DNA of 59,653 nucleotides, counting the filler. It is 6 parts of 6 records of this genome, joined end to end, with 100 filler letters (N's around TTAATTAATTAA, not from the genome) between each part and the next. Parts side by side here need not be neighbours in the genome. Positions count along the whole stretch, not along the records: positions 25,641 to 33,319 come from SRR31156797_6984; positions 33,420 to 43,980 come from SRR31156797_6987; 4 more parts are not named here. One strand, 5' to 3'. Both the position numbers and the translations under genes were made by a program. Positions 31,327-41,278 of this stretch are shown here, one piece after another (the stretch's first letter is position 1; each line of letters opens with the position of its first letter). A model generated the notes under the pieces. It was not told the origin of the DNA, did no database searches, and worked only from the letters and a program-made list of their open reading frames with translations.

Positions 31327-32466
31327 TCAGTCACCTGTCCACCTTTCAATGTCGCCTATCCTCTGGTCCAGGCATGCTCCACAAAGACATGGTTCATCGA
31401 TAATAGAGGTAATATCCCTTGTCCTGTAACGGATAAGAGGCATGCACTTCCTCCTCAAAGTTGTTACCACAAGTTCACCTTTCTCACCTGCCGGTAAAAC
31501 CTTCCCTGTCTTCGGGTCGATAATCTCTACAAGAAAATCAGGATTATTCAGATGGAAACCGTTCTGTTGATCACATTCGATTGCATTTGCCAGACCAAGT
31601 TCTGTCATTCCCCACTGACGCAGGGCCTTACATCCCCACACGCTCTCTATCTCTTCCCTCATCTCCTCAGTCAGTGGTTCGGATGAACATATTATCCTCT
31701 TGATACCCAGTTCTCCGGGTTCGATGATACTGCGTACCTGCTTTGAAAGATCATAAAGGAAAGATGAAGTTCCGATTATAAAGGTCGTGTCTGAATCTCT
31801 CATGCTCTTCAGCTGTTCTTCAACGTCAAGGGAATCCTCGATAACAGAATTAAAACCTGCAAGGGCACATGCCTTGCTCAGAACCAGTCCGGGGTCCCAT
31901 GTTGCAGTTATGGTGGGATACATTATCTGTAGGACATCATCTTTTGAATCCATGCCAGCCATTTTCAGGCCGGATATAACGGAATCAACGATCTCAAGCA
32001 GCTCATCCTGTGTGTATGCCATTCTTTTGAGCATATTTGTTGTACCGGAACTTGTGAACTCACGGATGATATCCTTTCTCGGAACACAGAGAAAATGATA
32101 AGGTTTGTTTGCAAGGTCCTCCTGCTCTGTCAATGGGAGTTTTTCAAGATCCTCATAGCACTTTATATCCGAAACATCGATACCGGTATTTGCGTAAAGA
32201 TCCTGGTAGTAGGGACTATTCTCCAGCACGTAGGCGAGAAGTTCCCTGAACTTGAAGAGTTTGTACTCTTTAACGGAATCCCTGTTGAGTTCATCACTGC
32301 CTAAATTGTTGTTCAGTACCTTATTCTTCTTAATATCGTTCCTGATCTTGCCAATACCCCACTGTTCAAGCGGGTTGCCGTGCTGGATACTTAATTTTCT
32401 GGAATCAAGCTTCCTTTTTGCAACGGTCATACGAACAGACGTGTTTATCTTTGTGCAAAGACTCAT
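31327..32466 (-). CDS. AMP-dependent CoA ligase, phenylacetate-CoA ligase-like (DVU_1553-like)
   Basis: TSSGTT P-loop, WGMTELG, GELVVTTL and PLIRYRTRD motifs. Probable ATG at 32466 after GGAGA. Lacks the usual small C-terminal domain. Confidence 0.82.
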   Translation of the reverse strand: MSLCTKINTSVRMTVAKRKLDSRKLSIQHGNPLEQWGIGKIRNDIKKNKVLNNNLGSDELNRDSVKEYKLFKFRELLAYVLENSPYYQDLYANTGIDVSDIKCYEDLEKLPLTEQEDLANKPYHFLCVPRKDIIREFTSSGTTNMLKRMAYTQDELLEIVDSVISGLKMAGMDSKDDVLQIMYPTITATWDPGLVLSKACALAGFNSVIEDSLDVEEQLKSMRDSDTTFIIGTSSFLYDLSKQVRSIIEPGELGIKRIICSSEPLTEEMREEIESVWGCKALRQWGMTELGLANAIECDQQNGFHLNNPDFLVEIIDPKTGKVLPAGEKGELVVTTLRRKCMPLIRYRTRDITSIIDEPCLCGACLDQRIGDIERWTGD

Positions 32467-32580
32467 GTTTCTGTCTCCTGTATCTTGTAGGACATCCTGT
32501 CCTCTTCCCAAAGTCAATTATCAGACTTTTAAGTTTAAAGTCAAAGTTAAAATAATAAAAAATAAAACGAATTAATTTGA

Positions 32581-33319
32581 TCAGGCAGCATCCCTGTAGA
32601 GGAAGTTGCCATTGCAGTCGGTCATATTGTAATTGCAGAACGGGACGAATCTTCCGTCACGTGTTACAACATGTATACAGCAGTTCTCGACACGGTCCTG
32701 TTCATATGACCAGACATCCTGGAATGCCATGGTTGAAATGGTCAGGTAATTGTTCATGCTCATCTCGATGAAATCTGCCCATCCACCCAGACTGGGTTTT
32801 GATTTCGAAAGTACATCCGTTAGTGGCTTTTCACAACATGAACCTTTCACTGTAAGCTCGCTGAGAGGTTTTTCACAGCATGAACCCTTTATCATCAGGT
32901 CGCCACATGATGGTGCTGGCTTTGACTCTTTTTCCTTCTCAAGACCTTTCCATCTGCCCATGATAGACTTCTTTGTCTTGCTTGCCACATCAGATGCCGA
33001 TTTCACAGCACCCATGGAAACATTTGTCAGTGGAAGGAAACCACCGTTATCTATCAATGTGAGACACGTGGCTCCGCAATGTGCATGTGGCATGAGCGAT
33101 GGTGTGAAATTGTCTACCTTGAGCTGTCCTTCTGTCTGTTTTTCGATCTCTTTCAGAAGTTCCAGTATGGTGACCTTGTCGGTCTTGTCTGATGGCGACC
33201 TTCCTGAGTAGAATACTGGCTGGAAGTGAACACCTCTGACTGCCGGAACCCTGCTTGCTGCAAAGTCGATTATCCCGCCGACCTCATGAAGATTGTAACC
33301 TTTAGCTACCAGTGGAACG
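32581..33319 (-). CDS. Radical SAM protein of the TrsS/MJ0619 type, 3' part only
   Basis: The frame is open to the contig end: VPLVAKGYNLHEVGGIIDFA...VRGVHFQPV..GR...EIEKQT, and C-terminal MAFQDVW...RVENCCIHV...GRFVPFCNYN. The CxxxCxxC motif lies beyond the break. Confidence 0.8.
32821..32890 (-). repeat. 42-bp (14-aa) tandem duplication encoding KGSCCEKPL twice
   Basis: KGSCCEKPLSELTV-KGSCCEKPLTD; on the + strand TTTTCACA(A/G)CATGAACC recurs at 42-bp spacing. Confidence 0.9.
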
Positions 33320-33419
33320 NNNNNNNNNNNNNNNNNNNNNNNNNNNNNNNNNNNNNNNNNNNNTTAATTAATTAANNNNNNNNNNNNNNNNNNNNNNNNN
33401 NNNNNNNNNNNNNNNNNNN
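33320..33419. other. Artificial contig-joining spacer
   Basis: N44-TTAATTAATTAA-N44. Confidence 0.99.
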
Positions 33420-35784
33420 TGTCACCGTTCTTATCTTCAATTATAGTGCCGTTGTCATTCTTATAGACACCTGTACCAACGTAAACCTGCTGTATTTGAC
33501 TTCTTGTAACATTTCCCTTTGTATCAACTGCCTCAATGTAGTAATCAAGAAGTGTATCCTGATACTGTGAAATATAGCTGTAATAAAGGTTTCCAATTTT
33601 CAAAGCCGGAACGATCGTCATCATCTCTTTTCCAGACACCTGCCAATCCACACCATTTATATCTGAAGAAAGATCCCTTTCTTCCATCGGGAAGTTGGTC
33701 CAATCGCCAACATTATCGGCATCTATCTGAGGAACACCTTCAGATTCAAGATACTGCGGATTGTAAACCTGATAAGTTCTATCAAGTGGATCAGCGACCT
33801 TAGCTTTGTGCTCTCTAATTCTCACCCTAATATTTTCAATTCCTGAAGCATCAAAAGCGTAGGTATAGATTCCAAAATTATTGTCGTAGTAGTGTAGAGT
33901 CCATCCTTCTGCTTTACTTTTGTTGGCACTTCCCGGATTGTATGGATATCTCTGAGGCCACCATACTGAAGGACCTGTTTTGTCTTTTGAGATATTATCT
34001 TCAACATAAGGGACTGAAAAATACAACGACTGGTTAAAAGAAATAGTAGGTTTAACTCCGTCATCCACATTTTCATCATAGTAACCGAAACCGGAATCTA
34101 TAGCTGCGATCAGGAAATACCAGGAAAGTTCAGCAGGGTTTGACTGCCCTTTTATTGGATATGACATTAGATATGGGTTAAGTTGGTTGCCCGTCGCTGT
34201 CCCTGTTATTTCAAAATCCAGGTCAGATGAGGGTTTCCAGTGATCGGGATGTTCATCAAGCCAAATTTGTTCAGCAGTTTTAGCAAAGTTTCGTGCTGCC
34301 TGAAGCAAGGCAAAATTTCTTTCCAGATAGTGATACCCATATTCAAAAGAAACTGTCATTCCTTCTTCCTGTCCATCAAGGTTCCTTTTGGGAGCAAGAC
34401 TCTTTCCTGTTGCACTGTTAAAATCGGCGAACTGACCTTTCCAGATACCAAAAGGAAGATGCCAGTGATACCAGGTCGGATCACTTGATGAATCACGTGT
34501 ATCAATCCATGACCCATCTTGAACATGCACAATGTCATCAGTTGGAATTGGATGATCTTTAAGATACTCCTGCACACCTTTTCCAGTCACATCTGTCTGG
34601 TTATAAATATAGTCTCCACCGACCTTCCACGTTCCGCCATCTCCTGCTGCACCTTGAGAGTTATCACCATCATGAGCAATAACGTGATATTGAGTTCTTC
34701 CTTTTGTTAAAGAATCATAATCATGTAGCCATGTGACATCAACTGGACTTTTTGAACCTTGATATCCTTCCATCCAGGATGCAGCCTGCTCAACAGGAAT
34801 ACCGGCGATCTTAAACTCTTCACCAGTCCATGGGTCGATGTGTCTTACAAAATGTGGGATCGAAGCAAAGGGAAACTTATTCTGAGTGACCTGCTGTTCA
34901 TTGAACATCTGTCTTGAGATCCAGTCTCCACCATAAGGATCAACGTTTCTCATATCTGCTCTATTGGGTGGAGATATCATGCAGTCCTTCCCCGGTTCGT
35001 TCAGGTATGGATAATCAGTTAAAGTTCTTGAAAAGTGAACATTTCCTATAACACTCCATTCAACTCCCAACTTTTTTAGAACTGGAATTATCCTCGTTGA
35101 AAAACCAAGTTCTGTCGGAAAAAATCCCTTTGATGATCTAAAATTGCTTCCAAGAAAATAATCACGCGAAAGGGTCACATTGTGATAGATCATATCTTTT
35201 AACAGATAATCATTACCGACAAGAGGTCCCATTGAGTGGTGGCCCGTGAAATGAATGAGGTCCAGTGCCGGAAAGCCACTGTCTGTTCTTGTATTATAAT
35301 GCGAATCCCGCCACTTCTGTCCCCAGTTAGCCCTGCTGTTAAAAGTGTCATGGTTTTGAAGTTCTACAAAACTTTGAACATTGTTTATCACTGAAGCAGA
35401 CATTGTGACATGAGTTTGAGACTTATGATGTCCTTTGGTGTTGTAATTATAGTCAGCAGTTTCAGCCGGCCAGTCGCAATATGCTCCAACTTTAGCATGA
35501 TGAGAGTAGTAACTTACCAGATCATCATGAGGCATCGGACCTCCGTTATTGGGAAGGTAGTAGTCGTAACTTGCCGGAGGAGAGTTCTTGAGGTTGATAA
35601 CCTGACCGTCATAAGCATAAAGAACGGACTGACCATCAGAAATAGCATCATAGCTATCTACATCAAAATATGGCCAGAAGTTTGGCATATGATTATGATA
35701 GATGTGCGTGGCACAAATAGTCTCGGCTTTCAATCCAAAAGCTACAAAAAGTACCGATAGAAATGTTAAGAAAGTTCTTTTCAT
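33420..35784 (-). CDS. Secreted GH119-like (GH57-related) alpha-amylase, C-terminus truncated
   Basis: Signal peptide MKRTFLTF... and motifs HIYHNHMP, HFTGHHSMGPL, GFFPTELGFS (nucleophile region) and AHDGDN (acid/base region). Confidence 0.75.
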
Positions 35785-35800
35785 CTGCTCACCTGCCATA

Positions 35801-36445
35801 TCAATGTTCTTCTTCTTCGGATCTCTCTTCCAATTTTTTCTTCATTCTATCTGCAATTGAGCTGTGGTCTATATCCTTACCGTGAGACCACTTCATTGAA
35901 AGTGCTATCAGTGCGATTCCGCCACCGAGATAAAGGAGGTCCAGCGGTTTTTCAAGTGGAATATTAACTGTATATTTGAGAAAATTGATGATCATGATCA
36001 TGAGAACGACCTTCCCCAGAACACTTTTCAACTCTTCAAGTGAATTGAACACCAGCCAGTCAGGTCTTATATCATCCTGTTCTTCTGCCGGATCGATCCT
36101 TGAAATAAAAAGATCATAGGTTCCAAGACTGAAAATTAGAAGAACTATTCCTAGAAGAAAATCATCAACTATCGTGATAACGCCGACAATCACATCGTTA
36201 TAAATTTCATGAAAATGCAATCCATGGTGATAAATATGACTTACAAGATGAACTACAACGTTGTATGTTTCAAGAATTCCCATCACAAAGACAACCGTTG
36301 AACAAACTATCAGTCCAATAACTCCAAGAACGATTATAAGACGAAAGTTCCACAGGAAATTTTCGATAACACTTTCAGCAACTCCTGTAATTTTTTTCCA
36401 AACATTTTTTTTCGACATAGCTTTCTCCATATTTACAAACATCAA
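35801..36445 (-). CDS. YqhA / UPF0114 family membrane protein
   Basis: VDDFLLGIVLLIFSLGTYDLFIS and WL.FNSLEELKSVLGKV motifs. The true start may be a few codons downstream. Confidence 0.85.
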   Translation of the reverse strand: MMFVNMEKAMSKKNVWKKITGVAESVIENFLWNFRLIIVLGVIGLIVCSTVVFVMGILETYNVVVHLVSHIYHHGLHFHEIYNDVIVGVITIVDDFLLGIVLLIFSLGTYDLFISRIDPAEEQDDIRPDWLVFNSLEELKSVLGKVVLMIMIINFLKYTVNIPLEKPLDLLYLGGGIALIALSMKWSHGKDIDHSSIADRMKKKLEERSEEEEH

Positions 36446-36572
36446 TACAAAATATTCATTTCAATAAAAAAAATCAACTATAAACCCTTTAATTTCTAGA
36501 GTTTTTTATGAATTAGTGTAAAATGTAAGCGCGTGATAAAAATCATTTTTTCAACTTTCCAAGGAGGAATCC

Positions 36573-37160
36573 ATGAGCAACATTATTAATCGCGACAGTT
36601 TTTTTGTTAAGGAACATGTAGGAATGTTTAAAGCTGCAAACAACTATGACATCCTTGATCCTGAGTCACAGGAAATCATTCTTGAGTGCCGTGAAGAGTC
36701 ACTTGGAGCTATTACAAAACTCCTTAGATTTACTGATTATAAGAGAATGACTCCTTTTAATGTAACCATTAGAACTCCTGAAGGTCAGCAGATAGTAAGA
36801 GTTTCAAGAGGCATCTCAATTTTCCTTTCAAAAGTATCCGTTTTTGATGAGAACGACGCATATATTGGCGGGTTCAAGCAGAAACTTTTTTCTATTGGTG
36901 GAAAGTTCAATGTTCTTGACGATCAGGAAAATGAGATCTGTAAGCTCAAAGGAAAATGGACCAGCTGGGATTTCAAGTTCGTTGATAAGGACACTGAATA
37001 TGCACACGTTTCAAAAGAATGGGCAGGACTTGGCAAAGAGCTTTTTACAAGTGCTGATAACTACATGCTTGAAATATACGAAAATGCTCCACAGGATTCC
37101 AACATGAGAAAGCTCATACTTGCAGCTGTTATGTGTATTGATATGGTTTTAAAGGAGTGA
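36573..37160 (+). CDS. Phospholipid scramblase-related / LURP-one-like protein
   Basis: VKEHVGMFKAANNYDI, GKWTSWDF and GKELFTSADNY motifs; AAGGAGG RBS. Confidence 0.8.
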   Translation: MSNIINRDSFFVKEHVGMFKAANNYDILDPESQEIILECREESLGAITKLLRFTDYKRMTPFNVTIRTPEGQQIVRVSRGISIFLSKVSVFDENDAYIGGFKQKLFSIGGKFNVLDDQENEICKLKGKWTSWDFKFVDKDTEYAHVSKEWAGLGKELFTSADNYMLEIYENAPQDSNMRKLILAAVMCIDMVLKE

Positions 37161-37163
37161 TCA

Positions 37164-37430
37164 ATGTCTGAGAATGCCACAATCACAACGCTCGTAATAC
37201 TTGGGGTTTTAAATATCCCCGTCTATATTCTTATCGGAAAGGTGTTCTTTGGAGATCTGGCAGGATTTTTTGAAGCTTTGAAGTTCTGGTTCACGCCCAA
37301 TATTTTCTCGCTTTTTAGGGGAAGATACGGGGATGATGTAATAGCAGAGTTTAAGCTTGCAATATTTATCTTTGTCTGTGGACTCTGTGTCTATGGAGAG
37401 TATAAACTTATTCTGAAGTTTTTCGGTTAA
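37164..37430 (+). CDS. Small membrane protein
   Basis: AAGGAG RBS within the upstream gene's 3' end; two hydrophobic segments. Confidence 0.65.
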   Translation: MSENATITTLVILGVLNIPVYILIGKVFFGDLAGFFEALKFWFTPNIFSLFRGRYGDDVIAEFKLAIFIFVCGLCVYGEYKLILKFFG

Positions 37431-37448
37431 GGAAATTAAATTTGAATC

Positions 37449-40295
37449 CTACTCGATCTTAGTCGCTACGTAATCTGAATCGTAGTTAGATCCACTGTAA
37501 CCAATCGTATCAAATCTTCCAAGAATTACACATCCTGAAACTATATTTCCGTCAACGATCATGTCGTAGTAAGGATCGAATTCGAACTTCATATAGTCAC
37601 CAGTTCTCTTTCCAGGTTTAATTGAGCCTGATGCATTGAATGTTTCGTATGTTCCTGTAATATCATCTCCGTTTTGAACAAGATAAAAAGTCATTGGTTT
37701 CCAGTAAGCACCGCTTGGAATGAATTCCCATGTTCCTGATATGTCTGATTTATCTTCATCACAACTTGCAGAATAATCATAACATCCAGCAAGAATATTG
37801 ATGTTCAGATTTGGAAGAACATTCTGATAGCTTTCACTGTTCGGACTCAGACCGACATCATAGGAACCTTCAAAAAGTGTTGTGCTGTAAAGTGCCGCGC
37901 CACTGTTGCCCAAAGAAACATAGTAGGTATCACTTGTGCTTTTGTTGGTAAAGATCAATGATCCTCTGTTCTCATCTTCATTGTATTCAAGTGTGTTACT
38001 TGGCATCTGACTTCCATTAAGTGTAACGGCTCCTGAAACCTTAACTGTTTTAAGAGAATAGTTTCTCATAACCGTTGAGGTCACATCGACTCTTGAATCA
38101 AGGAACTGCCCGATATTTGGAAGAACATTCTGATAACTCTCACTATTTGGGTTAAGGGTCACGTCGTATGTTCCCTTATAGAGTTTTACACTGAAAGATG
38201 CTTCACCTGATGAACCAAGAGAAACATACATGCTGTCGCCACTTTCCTTATTCTTAAAACTCAACCCACCTCTAGACTCATCTTCGTTATATTCAAGAGT
38301 ATTATTAGGCATTGTGTTTCCATTAAGTGAAACTTTTCCTGAGATTTGTGCGGTTTCAAGATTGTAGTTCTTAATGGTCGTATCTTGTACAGCCACTTCC
38401 TTGTCAAGCTTTAGATTGAGATTCGGAAGCACATTCTGATAGCTTGAGCTGTTGGGTGAGAACATTACATCGTAACTACCTTTATAAACTGTTGCTGTGT
38501 ATGATGCTGTTCCGCTAGCCTTAATGGAAATATAAACATCATCACCACTTGCCCTGTTTTTAAGAATGATCCCTCCACGAGACTCATCTTCGTTATATTC
38601 AAGTGTATTATTAGGCATGGTTTCACCATTGAGATTTACCTTTCCTGATATCTGAGCAGTCTCAAGGTTATAATTTTTCATTGTAGTTGCGTCAACGACC
38701 ACACCTTCTTCAAGTTTCATGTTCAAGCTTGGAAGAACATTCTGATAACTTGAGTTGTTAGGAGTAAAGCTTACGTTATATGTGCCTTTATATATTTTAG
38801 TGTTGTATTCTGCCTGCCCTGAAGGTCCGATACTCATATAAACTGAATCACCGCTATCGGTATTTGCAAAAGTTATTCCTCCACGCGACTCATCTTCATT
38901 ATATTCAAGAGTATTGTTAGGCATGGTTTTGCCATTTAACGAGATCAACCCGGAAACCATTGCAGTATCAAGATTAAAATTCTTCATCAAAGTGTCATTA
39001 ATAACTACCCCGTCTTCAAGATTCATATTTAAAGAAGGGACAGCGTTCTGATAACTTGAGTTGTTTGCGGAAAATGTCACGTTGTAAGTTCCTTTATAGA
39101 TCTTTTCACTAAAAGAAGCCTTACCTGTTGAATTTAAAGAAATATAAACACTGTCACCACTAGCAACATTTGAGAAAGTTATCCCTCCTCGTGCCTCATC
39201 TTCATTATATTCAAGAGTATTATCAGGCATTTGAGCATTATTTATCGTCAGCTCACCAGAGATCTGAACTGTTTCAAGATTAAAGTTCTTCATGAGAGTA
39301 TCTTCAACTAAAACACCGCTATCAAGAACCATATTAAGGCTTGGAAGCACATTCTGATAACTTGAGTTGTTAGGATTAAAACTAACATCGTAAGTACCCT
39401 TAAATAGCTTTAGATTATATGTAGCTTCACCAGTTGCTCCAATATTTATGTAGTAGGAATCATTGCTTTCAGTATTTCTGAAAATAATGCTTCCCCGAAC
39501 TTCATCTTCGTTATATTCAAGAGTGTTGTTCGGCATTGTCTGGCCATTAAGCGTGACCTTTCCTGAGACATTAAAAGTCTCAAGATCTATATCGAGAACC
39601 TTATCAGTATTGATCGGCTCAAGATCACATGTCTTTTCGCACTGGCCACCACTGCTGCAAGCTTCCCAGTCACCGGTACATTCGCCGCAGGATTCTCCGC
39701 AAACAGGGTCAGGTCCGCAAACTCTGTCTCCGCATTCAGGAGAACAAGGAGTGTAACAATCAGTCTTATCAAAAGTTCTACAGTCAGCAGAACAAGCTAA
39801 GTCACCCTCTTCAAAACCTTCGTCTTCACAAGTTCTTCCATTAAGGTTCTTGCCGTCACAAACTTCACCATTATCAATGTTGCCGTCTCCGCAACTTGTT
39901 GAAGCGCCACATTCAGATGTATCAAATCCCGCGCAGTTTGCCTGACACTTTAATGTTCCCGCAGCAAAACCCTGAGATTCGCAGTCTTGTCCACCAAGGT
40001 CAGTTCCGTCACAGACATCTGTACCGTCAACATTATTATCTCCACAAGTAGCAGAAGCACCGCATCCTGAAGTATCAAAATCCATACAGTTACTTTGGCA
40101 GCTAAGCGTTCCTTCACCAAAACCCATAGTTTGACAAGTTTCGCCGTCAAGATTATTCATCTCACATTTTTCAGAATCTGTGATCTTACCGTCACCGCAA
40201 ACTGAATTTTGTGTTTTACCTTCACCACATGAAGTAAAGATCAGTGCGAAAAGCACGACTGTAACAAGCATTACGCTCTTAAAAACTCTTTTCAT
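37449..40295 (-). CDS. Large surface lipoprotein: Cys-rich repeats, six 102-aa beta-rich repeats, small C-terminal beta domain
   Basis: Lipobox FTSC, AGGAG RBS, and internal repeats visible in both protein and DNA. Confidence 0.88.
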   Translation of the reverse strand: MKRVFKSVMLVTVVLFALIFTSCGEGKTQNSVCGDGKITDSEKCEMNNLDGETCQTMGFGEGTLSCQSNCMDFDTSGCGASATCGDNNVDGTDVCDGTDLGGQDCESQGFAAGTLKCQANCAGFDTSECGASTSCGDGNIDNGEVCDGKNLNGRTCEDEGFEEGDLACSADCRTFDKTDCYTPCSPECGDRVCGPDPVCGESCGECTGDWEACSSGGQCEKTCDLEPINTDKVLDIDLETFNVSGKVTLNGQTMPNNTLEYNEDEVRGSIIFRNTESNDSYYINIGATGEATYNLKLFKGTYDVSFNPNNSSYQNVLPSLNMVLDSGVLVEDTLMKNFNLETVQISGELTINNAQMPDNTLEYNEDEARGGITFSNVASGDSVYISLNSTGKASFSEKIYKGTYNVTFSANNSSYQNAVPSLNMNLEDGVVINDTLMKNFNLDTAMVSGLISLNGKTMPNNTLEYNEDESRGGITFANTDSGDSVYMSIGPSGQAEYNTKIYKGTYNVSFTPNNSSYQNVLPSLNMKLEEGVVVDATTMKNYNLETAQISGKVNLNGETMPNNTLEYNEDESRGGIILKNRASGDDVYISIKASGTASYTATVYKGSYDVMFSPNSSSYQNVLPNLNLKLDKEVAVQDTTIKNYNLETAQISGKVSLNGNTMPNNTLEYNEDESRGGLSFKNKESGDSMYVSLGSSGEASFSVKLYKGTYDVTLNPNSESYQNVLPNIGQFLDSRVDVTSTVMRNYSLKTVKVSGAVTLNGSQMPSNTLEYNEDENRGSLIFTNKSTSDTYYVSLGNSGAALYSTTLFEGSYDVGLSPNSESYQNVLPNLNINILAGCYDYSASCDEDKSDISGTWEFIPSGAYWKPMTFYLVQNGDDITGTYETFNASGSIKPGKRTGDYMKFEFDPYYDMIVDGNIVSGCVILGRFDTIGYSGSNYDSDYVATKIE
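37790..39584 (-). repeat. Six tandem 306-bp (102-aa) repeats with an invariant NTLEYNEDE.RG motif
   Basis: The anchor TCATCTTC falls at 37972, 38278, 38584, 38890, 39196 and 39502, an exact 306-bp period. Confidence 0.95.
39745..40199 (-). repeat. Three 153-bp (51-aa) Cys-rich repeats (CGD...C...C...G.L.C...C..FD...C)
   Basis: The first Cys codons start at 40199, 40046 and 39893. The pattern resembles myxobacterial disulfide-rich repeats. Confidence 0.9.
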
Positions 40296-40363
40296 TTAAT
40301 TCTCCTACTAAAAATTACCCGCTAATTTTACCAGATTTCGAGGGCTTTACAAGAAAGTGTGGA

Positions 40364-41278
40364 TTATTTGGCTATAAAAACGTGCTTTGTGAGAGCTTTT
40401 ATGAATTCCATACAGAGAATTAAAATAAGAGAGCTGTAATAGACCCAGAAAATACTTGTTATCAGCCAAGTTGCTGAACCATAGAACAGTGAAAATGATG
40501 CAAGTTCAGTAATATAGAAATCATAGATCATCTTCGCACCGTTCCAGAGCACACTAAAAGTTACAGCACCGGCAATTATTGCTCTTTTTGAAACACCTGC
40601 ACCATATGTGAAATAGAAGATCAGAACTTCAAAAAGGATCACAATAATGAGAGTTGAGAGAACAAAGCTGTATACCCAGCCGCCTGTAAGCGTTGTCACG
40701 ATCCACTGCATTGAAGGAAAGTGAAGAACAACAAAGGCTGTGATCGAACTTAGGATCGTCGTCAGATAATGCAGAAAGAACAGTATGAAGGTCAGCGTCA
40801 AAAGGAAGACAACTCCCATAAGCCTGCTGAGAATAAAGTTAACGAACTTTCCACCAAATATTCTGTAAAAACAGTAGTGAAGTGTCGAGAAAAGAAGTGT
40901 TGCAGAAACAAAAAGCGAGATAATACCAATGGTTGTAAGACTGGTCTTATAGTTTGATATTTCAACAAAACCTGAAATATATTTTTCACTTAGAAAAGGA
41001 ATTGCAATTTTCAGATAATCATGAATGTACTGGACCATATCTGCGGAGGTTATATCCTGAACTTCTTTAACATATTCAATAACATAGCCTGAGACCGCAC
41101 CAAGCAGGATCATAAATGGAATGAAGCTCAGCATAAAATAAAAACTTATACCGGCAGCAAAGGTAAAACCATCATCTATATAAAATTTCCAGCCGGTATC
41201 AAACAGAACTCTGGCAGCTTTATTATGACGCACCAGCTTGATGAATGAATGCTTTAAAGCTCTAAGTTTACTTTTCAA
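40364..41278 (-). CDS. YihY/virulence factor BrkB family membrane protein
   Basis: AAGISFYFMLSFIP, YGS and WVYYSS..L motifs; overlaps the der stop. Confidence 0.85.
   Translation of the reverse strand: MKSKLRALKHSFIKLVRHNKAARVLFDTGWKFYIDDGFTFAAGISFYFMLSFIPFMILLGAVSGYVIEYVKEVQDITSADMVQYIHDYLKIAIPFLSEKYISGFVEISNYKTSLTTIGIISLFVSATLLFSTLHYCFYRIFGGKFVNFILSRLMGVVFLLTLTFILFFLHYLTTILSSITAFVVLHFPSMQWIVTTLTGGWVYSFVLSTLIIVILFEVLIFYFTYGAGVSKRAIIAGAVTFSVLWNGAKMIYDFYITELASFSLFYGSATWLITSIFWVYYSSLILILCMEFIKALTKHVFIAK

Noticed and set aside
37790-39584. Regularly spaced conserved DNA motifs resembling a CRISPR array
   Set aside because: The period is 306 bp, in frame within a protein, the intervening sequences are homologous to each other, and there are no cas genes.
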